Positions 25,550 through 35,535 are shown, counted from the first letter of the stretch. The stretch: DNA of 64,000 nucleotides from Candidatus Saccharibacteria bacterium CPR2 (GCA_021404905.1 QWHN01000001.1:130162-194161); one strand, 5' to 3'. Translations and numbers: made by a program. The notes: generated by a model not told the origin, from the letters alone.

Positions 25550-26660
25550 GTTTGCCATATTGCGACCTTGGGATTTTACGCCCAACACAAACCGCATTAC
25601 GGCTATTGAGCCGAAGGATTTGGGAAAAGGACGCTATATGCAAGCAACACGCAACCCAAACAAGCAAGAAACAGCCCAGACAGGTTATCTACCGTACCTG
25701 ACCTTTTATAAAGGCATACGGGCTGGCGGCGTTACCACGGGCTTGCGAGTGCAGTTTTCTGTGCCAAAGCTGATTTACGGCAATAACTTTGATGAACTGG
25801 TTGAAGCTGACCTAGACCAAGTCTATGAGCGGCTGTTTGAAGGTTTAAAGTTCTATGGCGTACGGTTCTTCAAGGGCATAGAAACGGTCAAAAATGCCAA
25901 GGTAGCCACAATCCACTTCGCCAAGAACTTTCCGCTCAGTAACTATATGACCGCTCACGAAGCGATTACCGAAATACAGAAGTGCGATGTGACGACCTGG
26001 CGTGATGTAAGCCAAAGCGATTATGTGAACAATGGACACGGCTTTAAGACGCACTCCAAGCACTACGAGCTGGCTTTTTACGACAAGATAGCCGAGTACC
26101 ACAAAGGCAAACGCAACCAGCCTGTGTTTGATACAGACTTGCAGTTGCAGATGGATTTGTTTGGCAACAATCAAATTGTTCAGCCTTTTGAAGTGCTTCG
26201 TATGGAAGCTCGTCTAAATAACCAAAGAATTATCAAATCAACACTCAAAAAGGCTGGCTTTGAAGGTGCAGAAGTTACGCTTGCGGCACTCTGCAAAAAG
26301 GATATTTCACAAGCCGTCTTGAAGCAGCAGCTTGCCGAGCTATATTCACGCTACCCAAAAATCAGCGATGCCAAAGCACCTGATTTACACGCCCTATTTA
26401 GCCAGCTGTATGTTCAAAATCCAGGTCGCAATATGACCACACTACTTTCGGCTGTCGGGTTACGAGCCTTAAATCAAGAACACGGCACACGAAGGCTTAA
26501 AGACATAGTTGGTCCACGGGGCAGCCCAGCACTGCTCCGCCAAGCCAAAAAGATAAACCACGAATTAGCTTACAGGTTTGAGCAACCAGAGGTATTTCAA
26601 ATGCTAGATGAGCAGCTGGATAGGTTCTTGCCCGTTAAGTTAGCTAACTTCGTAAATTGA
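25506..26660 (+). CDS. Putative replication initiation protein (phage/plasmid gene II/X or CRI-like); function uncertain
   Basis: 384-aa ORF. The N-terminus MLGIDTVVLNFYP.. resembles the MIDxLxLxxP start of rolling-circle/filamentous-phage initiators. It sits in an operon with the SpoVG-like gene directly upstream of the recombinase. Confidence 0.4.
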   Translation: MLGIDTVVLNFYPNEFAILRPWDFTPNTNRITAIEPKDLGKGRYMQATRNPNKQETAQTGYLPYLTFYKGIRAGGVTTGLRVQFSVPKLIYGNNFDELVEADLDQVYERLFEGLKFYGVRFFKGIETVKNAKVATIHFAKNFPLSNYMTAHEAITEIQKCDVTTWRDVSQSDYVNNGHGFKTHSKHYELAFYDKIAEYHKGKRNQPVFDTDLQLQMDLFGNNQIVQPFEVLRMEARLNNQRIIKSTLKKAGFEGAEVTLAALCKKDISQAVLKQQLAELYSRYPKISDAKAPDLHALFSQLYVQNPGRNMTTLLSAVGLRALNQEHGTRRLKDIVGPRGSPALLRQAKKINHELAYRFEQPEVFQMLDEQLDRFLPVKLANFVN

Positions 26661-26693
26661 TGACAAATGTAAGTTATAATAGGAGTAAATACT

Positions 26694-28226
26694 ATGAAAA
26701 AAGCCGTAATACTAGCAAGAGTATCAACTAAGAAACAAGAGCAAGAAGGCTTATCGCTGGAAGAAATTCAGCTCCCAGCAATGCGTGAATACGCTGAGCT
26801 ACACGACTTTGAAATTGTAAAGGAATATGTGTTTAGCGAAAGTGCTGATATGGGCATACGCAAGAAGTTCAACGAAATGATGGACTATGTAAAAAAGCAC
26901 AAAGACATTGAAGCCATTATAGCGTTTCGTGTTGACCGAGCTACCCGCAACTTTGCCGACCACGTTGCTATGGATAACCTGCGGACCGAGTACAACAAGG
27001 AATTACATTTTGTTCACGATAGGCTAACTATAACTGCTCGCTCGGTTGGGCGTGATATTACCGACTGGGACACTAAAGTATACCTAGCCAAACAAATCAT
27101 AAATCGTCTTAAAGAAGATGCCCATAACTCACGCTACGCCAAGCTGCGTGATGGCGAGCTGCCAGGTATTGCACCGTATGGCTATAAGAACGAAGCGATT
27201 GATAAACGCAACAAAACTGTTGTGCCTGTGCCCTTCAAAGCCAATATCGCCCTCAAAACATTTGAGCTGTACGCTACTGGTACATTTTCGTACAAATCCT
27301 TAGCCAAACGAATGAAGACTGACTACGGTGTTGATATGCCTTGGAGCAGCTTCGGCACGATACTCAAAAATCGCTTCTACATTGGCGAGATTTACGATAA
27401 GGCTACGGACAACTACTATCAGCATCACTACGAACAATTCGTGCCATACGAGCTGTTTTGGCAGGTTCAGGATGTAATTGCTGGTCACGGCAAGAAAAAG
27501 ATTAAGTACAAAGGTTTGCCGTTTACTTACCGTGGCTTGCTGCACTGTAAAAAATGCGGCTGTGCCATCACGCCCGAAGCCAAGCACAAGAAACAGAAGA
27601 ACGGTAACAAGCACAGCTACGCCTATTACCACTGCACGGGCAAAAGCAAAGCCTACGGCAAACACAAGGACACTGAATGGCTTGAAGAAAAGGAACTGGA
27701 TGGCATACTCGCCCAGCTGTTTGACGACTGCAAAATACCAGAAAACGAATTACCACGCCTTGAACAAATACTAAAGGAAGCCCACGGCGGCAAGGTTGTA
27801 TTCAATAAAGAACAGGTTAAATATCACAATACCGAAATTTCAAAGCTACAAAATCGGATTGAAGTAGCCTATGAGGATAAGTGCGATGGTAGTATTACCC
27901 AAGCAGAATATGACAAGAAGCGTTCTAAATGGCGTCAGCAGCAGAAGCTACACGAACGCAAATTGGCACGGCTCTCGGAAGTTGATGAACAATACTATGT
28001 TACGGTTGCCTATCTGTTAGAAATAGCTGCCCGTGGTAGCGAGCTATTTATAGCTGCTGAACCAAACGAAAAGCGAGAGTTAATTGGTTTGCTTGGTCAG
28101 AACCTGCTTTTGGATGGTAAATCCGTGCAAATAACCCTTTACAAACCGTTTGATACTCTCGCTTCGTGTCTTGATAGTTCTATATGGCTCCCGGGGCCGG
28201 ACTCGAACCGGCAACCTCGAAGTTAA
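26694..28226 (+). CDS. Large serine recombinase (resolvase catalytic domain, recombinase domain, zinc ribbon, coiled coil)
   Basis: AVILARVSTKKQ holds the catalytic Ser. AFRVDRATRN is present. Zinc ribbon CKKCGCAITPE...YYHCTG. AGGAG SD upstream. The last 14 codons run antisense through the att core and tRNA-Asn. Confidence 0.93.
   Translation: MKKAVILARVSTKKQEQEGLSLEEIQLPAMREYAELHDFEIVKEYVFSESADMGIRKKFNEMMDYVKKHKDIEAIIAFRVDRATRNFADHVAMDNLRTEYNKELHFVHDRLTITARSVGRDITDWDTKVYLAKQIINRLKEDAHNSRYAKLRDGELPGIAPYGYKNEAIDKRNKTVVPVPFKANIALKTFELYATGTFSYKSLAKRMKTDYGVDMPWSSFGTILKNRFYIGEIYDKATDNYYQHHYEQFVPYELFWQVQDVIAGHGKKKIKYKGLPFTYRGLLHCKKCGCAITPEAKHKKQKNGNKHSYAYYHCTGKSKAYGKHKDTEWLEEKELDGILAQLFDDCKIPENELPRLEQILKEAHGGKVVFNKEQVKYHNTEISKLQNRIEVAYEDKCDGSITQAEYDKKRSKWRQQQKLHERKLARLSEVDEQYYVTVAYLLEIAARGSELFIAAEPNEKRELIGLLGQNLLLDGKSVQITLYKPFDTLASCLDSSIWLPGPDSNRQPRS
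28185..28199 (-). repeat. Proximal att core (3' end of the intact tRNA-Asn)
   Basis: Identical to 18637-18651. Confidence 0.8.
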
Positions 28227-28259
28227 CAGCTTCTTGCTCCACCATTGAGCTACCCGGGA
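28185..28259 (-). tRNA. tRNA-Asn (GUU), CCA encoded
   Basis: Manual fold of TCCCGGGTAGCTCAATGGTGGAGCAAGAAGCTGTTAACTTCGAGGTTGCCGGTTCGAGTCCGGCCCCGGGAGCCA. It has a 7-bp acceptor stem with U1-A72 and G73, D stem GCTC/GAGC, anticodon loop CU-GUU-AA and T arm GCCGG-TTCGAGT-CCGGC. There is one A27:G43 mismatch. Confidence 0.92.
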
Positions 28260-28321
28260 ATACTACTGAATCTAGGGTAAAATTATAGATACCGCAACAG
28301 ATTTGGTCAATTCGCTATTTT

Positions 28322-28609
28322 TCAGGCGATTAGTTTCAATTTCAAATGTGCTGCAATTTGTTCAATTTGTCGCTCAAGCCTATCAACCTTTTTCCCCAAT
28401 GCCAGCATCTCTTGCATGTACGTTTCCGCTTGTTTTGCATACGCATCAACCGCCCGCGCATAAACATCGATGGACTGTTTTACTTCATCACGAACATTTT
28501 GTCTATCTTTAGCAGCATCAGCAAATCCTTTGACCATCAGCTTTGCCATACGCTCTAGATGATCGTCGATGTTATTTAGTCTTTTTTCTAGTGTATTAGC
28601 AGTTGACAT
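28322..28609 (-). CDS. Hypothetical coiled-coil protein
   Basis: 95-aa ORF with heptad-like charged/hydrophobic periodicity. Confidence 0.5.
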   Translation of the reverse strand: MSTANTLEKRLNNIDDHLERMAKLMVKGFADAAKDRQNVRDEVKQSIDVYARAVDAYAKQAETYMQEMLALGKKVDRLERQIEQIAAHLKLKLIA

Positions 28610-28658
28610 ACTATTATTTTATCACCTGTTCTATTTACTCAAAGCACAAGCGTAAATA

Positions 28659-29099
28659 TTATTTATTTTTCAAGTTAGACAAGCGCGAGGCAAAAGCTAC
28701 GTATGCTCCATCCAGTTCCAATACTTTAAGAGCACCAACCAAGACGTAAAGCTTATCGATATCCTTTTGAGTCGGTTTACCTTTTTCGGCTTTTTCAAAA
28801 TCTTTATCAATTTTATTTACCAGCCATTTTTCCTGGCTTTTATTAGGCATATCTGCCCCGCCTGAGCTCATACTGGTATTCTTCACAACCTCAAGTGAAC
28901 GCGCTGAATAAGTTCTTTTTTGCAAATGGCCGCGCTTTATTAAATTATTTACGTGAGTTGCCACGGTAGAGACAGAGTTATACCCCAACCCAGATCTAAT
29001 TTCGCGAAAACTTGGGCTGTATCCATGCCCGGCAATGAAATTTTCAATAAAGCTAAGTATTTCTTTTTGTTTTTTCGTCGGACGAACTGATTGAGCCAT
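28659..29099 (-). CDS. LexA-N-terminal-domain DNA-binding protein lacking the S24 peptidase domain
   Basis: KKQKEILSFIENFIAGHGYSPSFREIRSGLGYNSVSTVATHVNNLIKRGHL is a LexA_DNA_bind wHTH. The remaining 75 aa or so are helical with no Ser/Lys dyad region. Confidence 0.75.
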   Translation of the reverse strand: MAQSVRPTKKQKEILSFIENFIAGHGYSPSFREIRSGLGYNSVSTVATHVNNLIKRGHLQKRTYSARSLEVVKNTSMSSGGADMPNKSQEKWLVNKIDKDFEKAEKGKPTQKDIDKLYVLVGALKVLELDGAYVAFASRLSNLKNK

Positions 29100-29122
29100 A
29101 TCTTAATTATATCCTGCTCAGT

Positions 29123-30439
29123 CTACAGCCTGTACCACAACCCAGCCATACCCCACCAAGTGAGCGCAATTTCTTCGTTTGCCCAACCATGGAGAAAGAG
29201 ATTTACGACTAAAATTCCCGTGAAACTTGCCATTAACACCCTGGGCCAAGTTTGGCTTTTTTGTTGCCATAAATTAAGCATTACTAACCAATTGATTATC
29301 AAAAATAATGTCAGCCCAATTATCCCTACCTCTTGCGTGATTTGTAGATAATAATTTTCGCTGTAACGAGTCACCTCGCCATTGTGCGCGGATGCAGGAC
29401 CGGCCGTACCCGGCCCATCGCCCATTGGATTTTTAATTACATCTTTAGTCGCATCACCGAGAGCCCTAAAATGCACTTGTGTTGAATCTTCGTCTTGCGA
29501 TTCGGACGGGTTAGTGTGTAAAAAAATATTTTGTAAATAGTAAGAACTGCCTACCGATTTAATCGCAAAGGGCAGTAAAATAACAAACACAATAAAAATC
29601 CCCACCAAACTTTTTTTTAACAAACCCTTGTTCAAGTAAAAGAGGGCCAAGACCAAAGCGCTCACCAAAGTTCCCAACCACGCGCTCCTGGAATGCGAAC
29701 CGAACAAAGTGATGAGGTAAGGAATTAGTATGAACAGATATCTCCAGTCTTTTTTCTGAAAGGCAAATGCAATAATCATCGATATTGGAAGTATTAGATA
29801 CATCCCTAGGGGGTTTGGGCCACGTAAAGTTGAATTAATGCGAGCGAATTCCTGGTTTTCATCGATAGTATAAAACGGTTTTATGGTTTCGCTACTGTAT
29901 CCAAAATTACTTAAAAAGTTGTTTGGCAAAACAAAAATTTGAAGTGCCCCAAAAAGCACCACAATCATCGAAGTTATGAAAATAATCTTGGTAGCCGTTT
30001 TTTGAAGTTTGACTCTGCTGTAATAATGAACTAGCACCTGCGCTAAAACAAAAAATATCAGAAACCGAAGGTTAAGCATGATCCCAGCAGCGGCGGCGTC
30101 CGCTTCCGGTCGCCATAATATCCACCAACCTAAATGTAAAAGAGAATATAAAATTATTGCTCTGTTTACCCTCCTTTTTAGAAGTTTTTTACGTAGTTTT
30201 TCATCTCTTGCTAATAAGGAAACAAGCAACAGACAAAAAAGAAATAGCAAAATCTCTTTCCAAATTTTCGTAAGAAGCAAATTTCCACTGAGAGTTCCGA
30301 TCCACGTGCTTAAGAAACCATGAAAAGGTATGAGCACAAGAATCAAAAAAAATAATGCGTAAAAAGTTTTTTGAGCACTTATGCTTTTTTGCATGATAAC
30401 AGTGTACTTGATAAGTGTTACAATATCGACTATAGGCAA
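29123..30439 (-). CDS. O-antigen ligase/polymerase-family (Wzy_C-like) polytopic membrane protein
   Basis: 10 or more TM helices with a loop containing GSHSRSAWLG, typical of the O-antigen ligase family. The likely start is Met-16 (about 30394). Confidence 0.7.
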   Translation of the reverse strand: MPIVDIVTLIKYTVIMQKSISAQKTFYALFFLILVLIPFHGFLSTWIGTLSGNLLLTKIWKEILLFLFCLLLVSLLARDEKLRKKLLKRRVNRAIILYSLLHLGWWILWRPEADAAAAGIMLNLRFLIFFVLAQVLVHYYSRVKLQKTATKIIFITSMIVVLFGALQIFVLPNNFLSNFGYSSETIKPFYTIDENQEFARINSTLRGPNPLGMYLILPISMIIAFAFQKKDWRYLFILIPYLITLFGSHSRSAWLGTLVSALVLALFYLNKGLLKKSLVGIFIVFVILLPFAIKSVGSSYYLQNIFLHTNPSESQDEDSTQVHFRALGDATKDVIKNPMGDGPGTAGPASAHNGEVTRYSENYYLQITQEVGIIGLTLFLIINWLVMLNLWQQKSQTWPRVLMASFTGILVVNLFLHGWANEEIALTWWGMAGLWYRL

Positions 30440-30444
30440 AGAAT

Positions 30445-31890
30445 ATGCGAAAAAACACCGTACTTATATACACAGTTTTATTGCTGGCCGGTGATTTCCT
30501 GGCAATACTCAGCTCGTTCGTTATAGCCTACATTTTGCGCGTCTCTATTGACCCAAGGCCATTAATCGAACAGGTTCCGGCACTAACATATTTGAGATTA
30601 TTTTTGTCGTTGCTGCCTTTTTGGCTAATAATATTCGCTTTCTTGGGGCTATATCGCCAAGAAGTTTACACAAGACGCGTTAAAGAAATGGTTTTAGTCT
30701 TTGTTGGGACGTTTATTGGAATTTTATATATCATCGCCTACGAATTTGTTTCGGGCGAAACAATAATTCCAGCTCGGCTCATAGTAGTTTACGCATTTAT
30801 TCTGGGTTTTTCTCTTTTGGTGCTGGTACGAAACGTTCTTTGGCAAATCAGAAAATTATTCTTTAAGCGCGGGATTGGGGTAAATCGAACTATGATAATC
30901 GGTTCAGCCGAAACAACCAAAGAGATTGCTAACCTGTTACACAACACGCCGACTTCGGGTTACTACATTGCGGCAATTGTAGGCGGAGAGTCGATAATAC
31001 CAAAATGGTTTAAGGGATTTCATTACACAAAAATTGAGAGAGCGCTAAAAGACATTGCTCAGCATAAAATTGACACGGTTATCCAAACAAAACTTTATGA
31101 CTCAAGTGAAATTAATCGAAAGATACTTGATGCAGCACGCAATAATCATGTTGATTACAAATATATTCCCGCGGAAAGTGAGTTTTATGCCGGCAAGAGT
31201 TCTATTGAACTTTTCCATTATTTCCCCGTTATATCCGTGCATCCAACTCCATTGCTCGGTTGGGGGCGAGTAGTAAAGCGTGTTTTTGATTTAGCAATGA
31301 GCTTTGTTTTTTTAGTAATCACCTCGCCTCTGATGTTGCTGACAGCCGTAGCTATAAAAATTACTGATTCAGGCCCGATTTTTTTCAAACAAAAACGGCT
31401 GAGCAGGTATGGCAAAAAAGTGTATGTTTATAAATTTAGAACCATGAAGCAGGAATTTTCCGGTAAAGATCCAAAAAATGTTTTCAAGCAGCTTGGCCGA
31501 GACGACTTAGTCAAACTTTTGGATAACGGAGAAGATTCCCAAATAGAAAATGATCCCCGCCTGACAAAAATTGGAAGCTTTTTAAGAAGAACCAGTATCG
31601 ACGAGTTGCCCCAATTCATTAATGTATTTAAGGGAGATATTAGCCTGATAGGCCCAAGGGCGATTACGCCCGAAGATATGGAGCTATACAGCAAAGGCGC
31701 CGGAGCGTTAATGCTCAATGTTAAGACTGGCATAACCGGACTTGCTCAAATTGCCGGACGAAGTGATCTTTCTTATGAAGAGCGTGCCAGGCTAAATCTA
31801 TATTACGTCCAAAATTGGACGTTTTGGTTAGACATCAAAATCCTATTAAAAACCATTCCGGTAGTATTGCTTGGTAAAAATAGTAAGTAG
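30445..31890 (+). CDS. Polyprenyl glycosylphosphotransferase (WbaP/CpsE-type initiating sugar transferase)
   Basis: N-terminal TM bundle plus a Bac_transf domain: KRVFDLAMSFVFLVITSPLMLLTAVAIKITDSGPIFFKQKR...DELPQFINVFKGDISLIGPR. Confidence 0.9.
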   Translation: MRKNTVLIYTVLLLAGDFLAILSSFVIAYILRVSIDPRPLIEQVPALTYLRLFLSLLPFWLIIFAFLGLYRQEVYTRRVKEMVLVFVGTFIGILYIIAYEFVSGETIIPARLIVVYAFILGFSLLVLVRNVLWQIRKLFFKRGIGVNRTMIIGSAETTKEIANLLHNTPTSGYYIAAIVGGESIIPKWFKGFHYTKIERALKDIAQHKIDTVIQTKLYDSSEINRKILDAARNNHVDYKYIPAESEFYAGKSSIELFHYFPVISVHPTPLLGWGRVVKRVFDLAMSFVFLVITSPLMLLTAVAIKITDSGPIFFKQKRLSRYGKKVYVYKFRTMKQEFSGKDPKNVFKQLGRDDLVKLLDNGEDSQIENDPRLTKIGSFLRRTSIDELPQFINVFKGDISLIGPRAITPEDMELYSKGAGALMLNVKTGITGLAQIAGRSDLSYEERARLNLYYVQNWTFWLDIKILLKTIPVVLLGKNSK

Positions 31891-31905
31891 TAATAAGTAT
31901 TTAAC

Positions 31906-33042
31906 ATGAAATACAAATCTTTAGAAAAAAGCCCTGCGAGTTTAAAGAATCTTAAAGTCGCTATAGTTTGTGACTGGCTAACTAACATGGGCGGTGCCGA
32001 GAGAGTTGTTTATGAACTTCACCAAATGTTTCCCGATGCCCCAATTTATACTTCACTTTTTAATAAACAAAAAATGCCACTATTCAAGAATGCGAACATT
32101 AGGACTTCTTTTATTCAAAGGATTCCCGGCGCATACAAAAAACACCAGCTATTCCCGCTTTTAAGAGAACAATATTTTGAAAACTTAAATTTAGATAAAT
32201 ACGACCTTGTAATTAGTTCGTCAGGAGCAGAAGCAAAGTCTGTCAAAACAGGAAGCAGTACACTACACATCAATTATTGCCACTCGCCTACTCATTATTA
32301 TTGGGTTCGTCCAGATGAGTATATAAAGAACCCTGGTTTTGGCCCTTTAAATCCATTTATGAGAGGCTCCTTAAAAACTTTACTCAAACGTCAGCGAAAT
32401 TGGGATTTTGAAGCCGCACAAAGGCCGGATTACATCGTTGCCAACTCAAGTGTTGTAAAAGAACGAATAAAAAAATTCTACAATCGAGACTCTAGTGTAA
32501 TTCACCCACCCGTAGATATTGACCGTTTCAAATCAAAGAGAGAGGTAAAAAGAAGTGGGTTGTTAGTTGTAGGGCGACAGGTTCACTACAAACGCATTGA
32601 TCTGGCTGTTAGCGCATGCACTAAATTGAGTTTGGATTTAACAGTAATTGGCAATGGGCCGGAACATAACAAGTTAATAAAATCCGCAGGGCCAACCATT
32701 AGATTTTTAACTAATGTAACGGACGGAGAAATAATTAAACATTTTCAAGGAGCAGAAGGTTTTATATTCCCCGGAGAGGAGGATTTTGGGATAGTCGCGG
32801 TTGAAGCGCTCGCAGCCGGCATTCCAGTGATAGCTTACAAAGCCGGGGGCGCTCTTGACTACATTCAGGAAAACAAAAACGGCTTGTTTTTTGATGAACA
32901 AACCGTTGATTGTCTAGTATCGAAGCTTAAAGAATTTCAAGCAATTAAATTTGATAATAAAAAAGTGTCTAATTCGGCAAAAAAATATTCAAGAGACGAA
33001 TTTCACAAAAATATAGAAAAATTTATTCTAGCCAAGCTTTAA
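31906..33042 (+). CDS. Glycosyltransferase family 4
   Basis: N-terminal VAIVCDWLTNMGGAERV and C-terminal FIFPGEEDFGIVAVEALAAGIPVIA (E-x7-E region). Confidence 0.85.
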   Translation: MKYKSLEKSPASLKNLKVAIVCDWLTNMGGAERVVYELHQMFPDAPIYTSLFNKQKMPLFKNANIRTSFIQRIPGAYKKHQLFPLLREQYFENLNLDKYDLVISSSGAEAKSVKTGSSTLHINYCHSPTHYYWVRPDEYIKNPGFGPLNPFMRGSLKTLLKRQRNWDFEAAQRPDYIVANSSVVKERIKKFYNRDSSVIHPPVDIDRFKSKREVKRSGLLVVGRQVHYKRIDLAVSACTKLSLDLTVIGNGPEHNKLIKSAGPTIRFLTNVTDGEIIKHFQGAEGFIFPGEEDFGIVAVEALAAGIPVIAYKAGGALDYIQENKNGLFFDEQTVDCLVSKLKEFQAIKFDNKKVSNSAKKYSRDEFHKNIEKFILAKL

Positions 33043-33076
33043 AATACGCAGACAGAAATTCGAAACTTTACAGTAA

Positions 33077-34099
<1,023 letters not shown>

Positions 34100-34101
34100 T
34101 T

Positions 34102-34677
34102 ATGTCAGAATTTGAACCCAGCCAATATTCAGAGCTTAAAGTGAGAGAAACTTCAATCCCCGGCTTACTGGAAGTGTGTTTAGTTGTGCACGGAGATAAT
34201 CGTGGTTGGTTCAAAGAAAACTACCAACGCGAAAAGATGGTCGAACTTGGTTTGCCTGAGGAGTTTGTGGTTGTGCAAAACAACATTTCTTTTAATGCCG
34301 AGCGGGGCGTAACTCGCGGTATCCACGCTGAACCGTGGGAAAAATTTATTTCGATAGCCCATGGATCAGTTTTTGCCGCAATCGTAGATTTCCGCGAAGG
34401 CGAGAGTTTTGGAAAAGTTGAAACTTTCACGCTTAATCCGGGCAAGGCAATCTTCGTGCCAAGGGGTTGTGGTAACTCATTCCAAACACTAGAGCCAAAC
34501 ACGGTTTATACTTATCTGGTTAATGAACACTGGTCAACTGACGCAAAATATACCCTAGTAAATTTAGCTGATGAAGATATAGCTATTGATTGGCCTATTT
34601 CTCTCGAGGAAGCAATAATTTCCGACAAAGACAAAGGTCATCCTCGTTTGCGTGAAATCAACCCAATGGAGGTTTAG
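34102..34677 (+). CDS. rfbC: dTDP-4-dehydrorhamnose 3,5-epimerase
   Basis: GDNRGWFKENY...RGIHAEPWEKF..VPRGCGNSFQTL is the RmlC cupin pattern. Confidence 0.92.
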   Translation: MSEFEPSQYSELKVRETSIPGLLEVCLVVHGDNRGWFKENYQREKMVELGLPEEFVVVQNNISFNAERGVTRGIHAEPWEKFISIAHGSVFAAIVDFREGESFGKVETFTLNPGKAIFVPRGCGNSFQTLEPNTVYTYLVNEHWSTDAKYTLVNLADEDIAIDWPISLEEAIISDKDKGHPRLREINPMEV

Positions 34678-34679
34678 AA

Positions 34680-35531
34680 ATGAATCAGGAAAAGATGCTT
34701 ATTCTTGGAGCAAATGGTCAACTCGGCAGAGCTTTGCAAGAACAATATCCCAACGCTCAAAAAACAAGCTCTGAGGAACTAGATATTACTAATGAAGAAG
34801 CTGTCAGAAACTACGATTGGTATTCCGTAGAAACTATTATCAATGCCGCTGCTTACACTAATGTAGATGGCGCCCAAACACCAGAAGGCCGCGTAGCTGC
34901 TTGGGATACTAATGCTAGAGCGGTCACTTTGCTTGGCAATATTGCTATTTCAAACGGCCTAACTATTGTTCACATTTCTTCCGATTATGTATTTGATGGG
35001 ACTCAAGATAGGCATACTGAGGATGAGCCACTCAGCCCACTTTCTGTGTATGGAGCAAGCAAAGCTGCTGGGGATATTGCCGCCAGCATGGTTCCCAATC
35101 ATTATATTCTTCGGACTTCTTGGGTAATTGGTGAAGGTAAAAATTTCGTGCGCACAATGCTGGGACTTGGCCAAAAAGGGGTTGAACCATCTGTGGTAGC
35201 CGATCAAGTTGGCCGTCCTACATTTACCAATGAACTCGCGAGAGGCATTGACCACCTGTTGACTCAAAAGTCACCTTACGGCACTTATAACATTAGTAAT
35301 GATGGCGACAAGACGAGCTGGGCTGATCTCACACGAGCTATTTTTGAAATAGCGGGATTTGATTTAAAAGTCACCGACACCTCAACAGCCGAATATTTCG
35401 CCAGCAAACCAGAAGCCGCCCCAAGACCCTTACAAAGCACCTTGGAGCTGAGTAAAATTCAAGGAACAGGTTTTAAATCAACTGACTGGAGAGATGGTTT
35501 ACAAAAGTACATTCAGAAGGAATCCCGTTAG
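34680..35531 (+). CDS. rfbD: dTDP-4-dehydrorhamnose reductase
   Basis: ILGANGQLG, INAAAYTNVD, HISSDYVFDG and YGASKAAG motifs. Confidence 0.92.
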   Translation: MNQEKMLILGANGQLGRALQEQYPNAQKTSSEELDITNEEAVRNYDWYSVETIINAAAYTNVDGAQTPEGRVAAWDTNARAVTLLGNIAISNGLTIVHISSDYVFDGTQDRHTEDEPLSPLSVYGASKAAGDIAASMVPNHYILRTSWVIGEGKNFVRTMLGLGQKGVEPSVVADQVGRPTFTNELARGIDHLLTQKSPYGTYNISNDGDKTSWADLTRAIFEIAGFDLKVTDTSTAEYFASKPEAAPRPLQSTLELSKIQGTGFKSTDWRDGLQKYIQKESR

Positions 35532-35535
35532 AGCC

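Larger units (their letters stand above)
18637..28199. mobile_element. Integrative element(s) of about 9.5 kb inserted in the 3' end of tRNA-Asn. Large-serine-recombinase type, with no recognisable virion genes.
   Basis: A 15-bp direct repeat, TGGCTCCCGGGGCCG, lies at 18637-18651 and 28185-28199; the latter is the tRNA 3' end. The recombinase abuts the tRNA. Xis-like, XRE, Ltp, Rep-like and relBE genes lie inside. The interval is visibly GC-richer than the flanks. Confidence 0.8.

Noticed and set aside
27118-27774. Track ORFs 27118..27303, 27300..27665, 27478..27774 and 27568..27756
   Set aside because: These are alternative-frame or antisense ORFs inside the serine recombinase gene, with Arg/Cys/Thr-rich nonsense-like composition.
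18637-28199. Calling the element a prophage
   Set aside because: I could not recognise terminase, portal, capsid, tail, holin or lysin genes in 9.5 kb. Ltp, XRE and Xis-like genes also occur on non-phage integrative elements.
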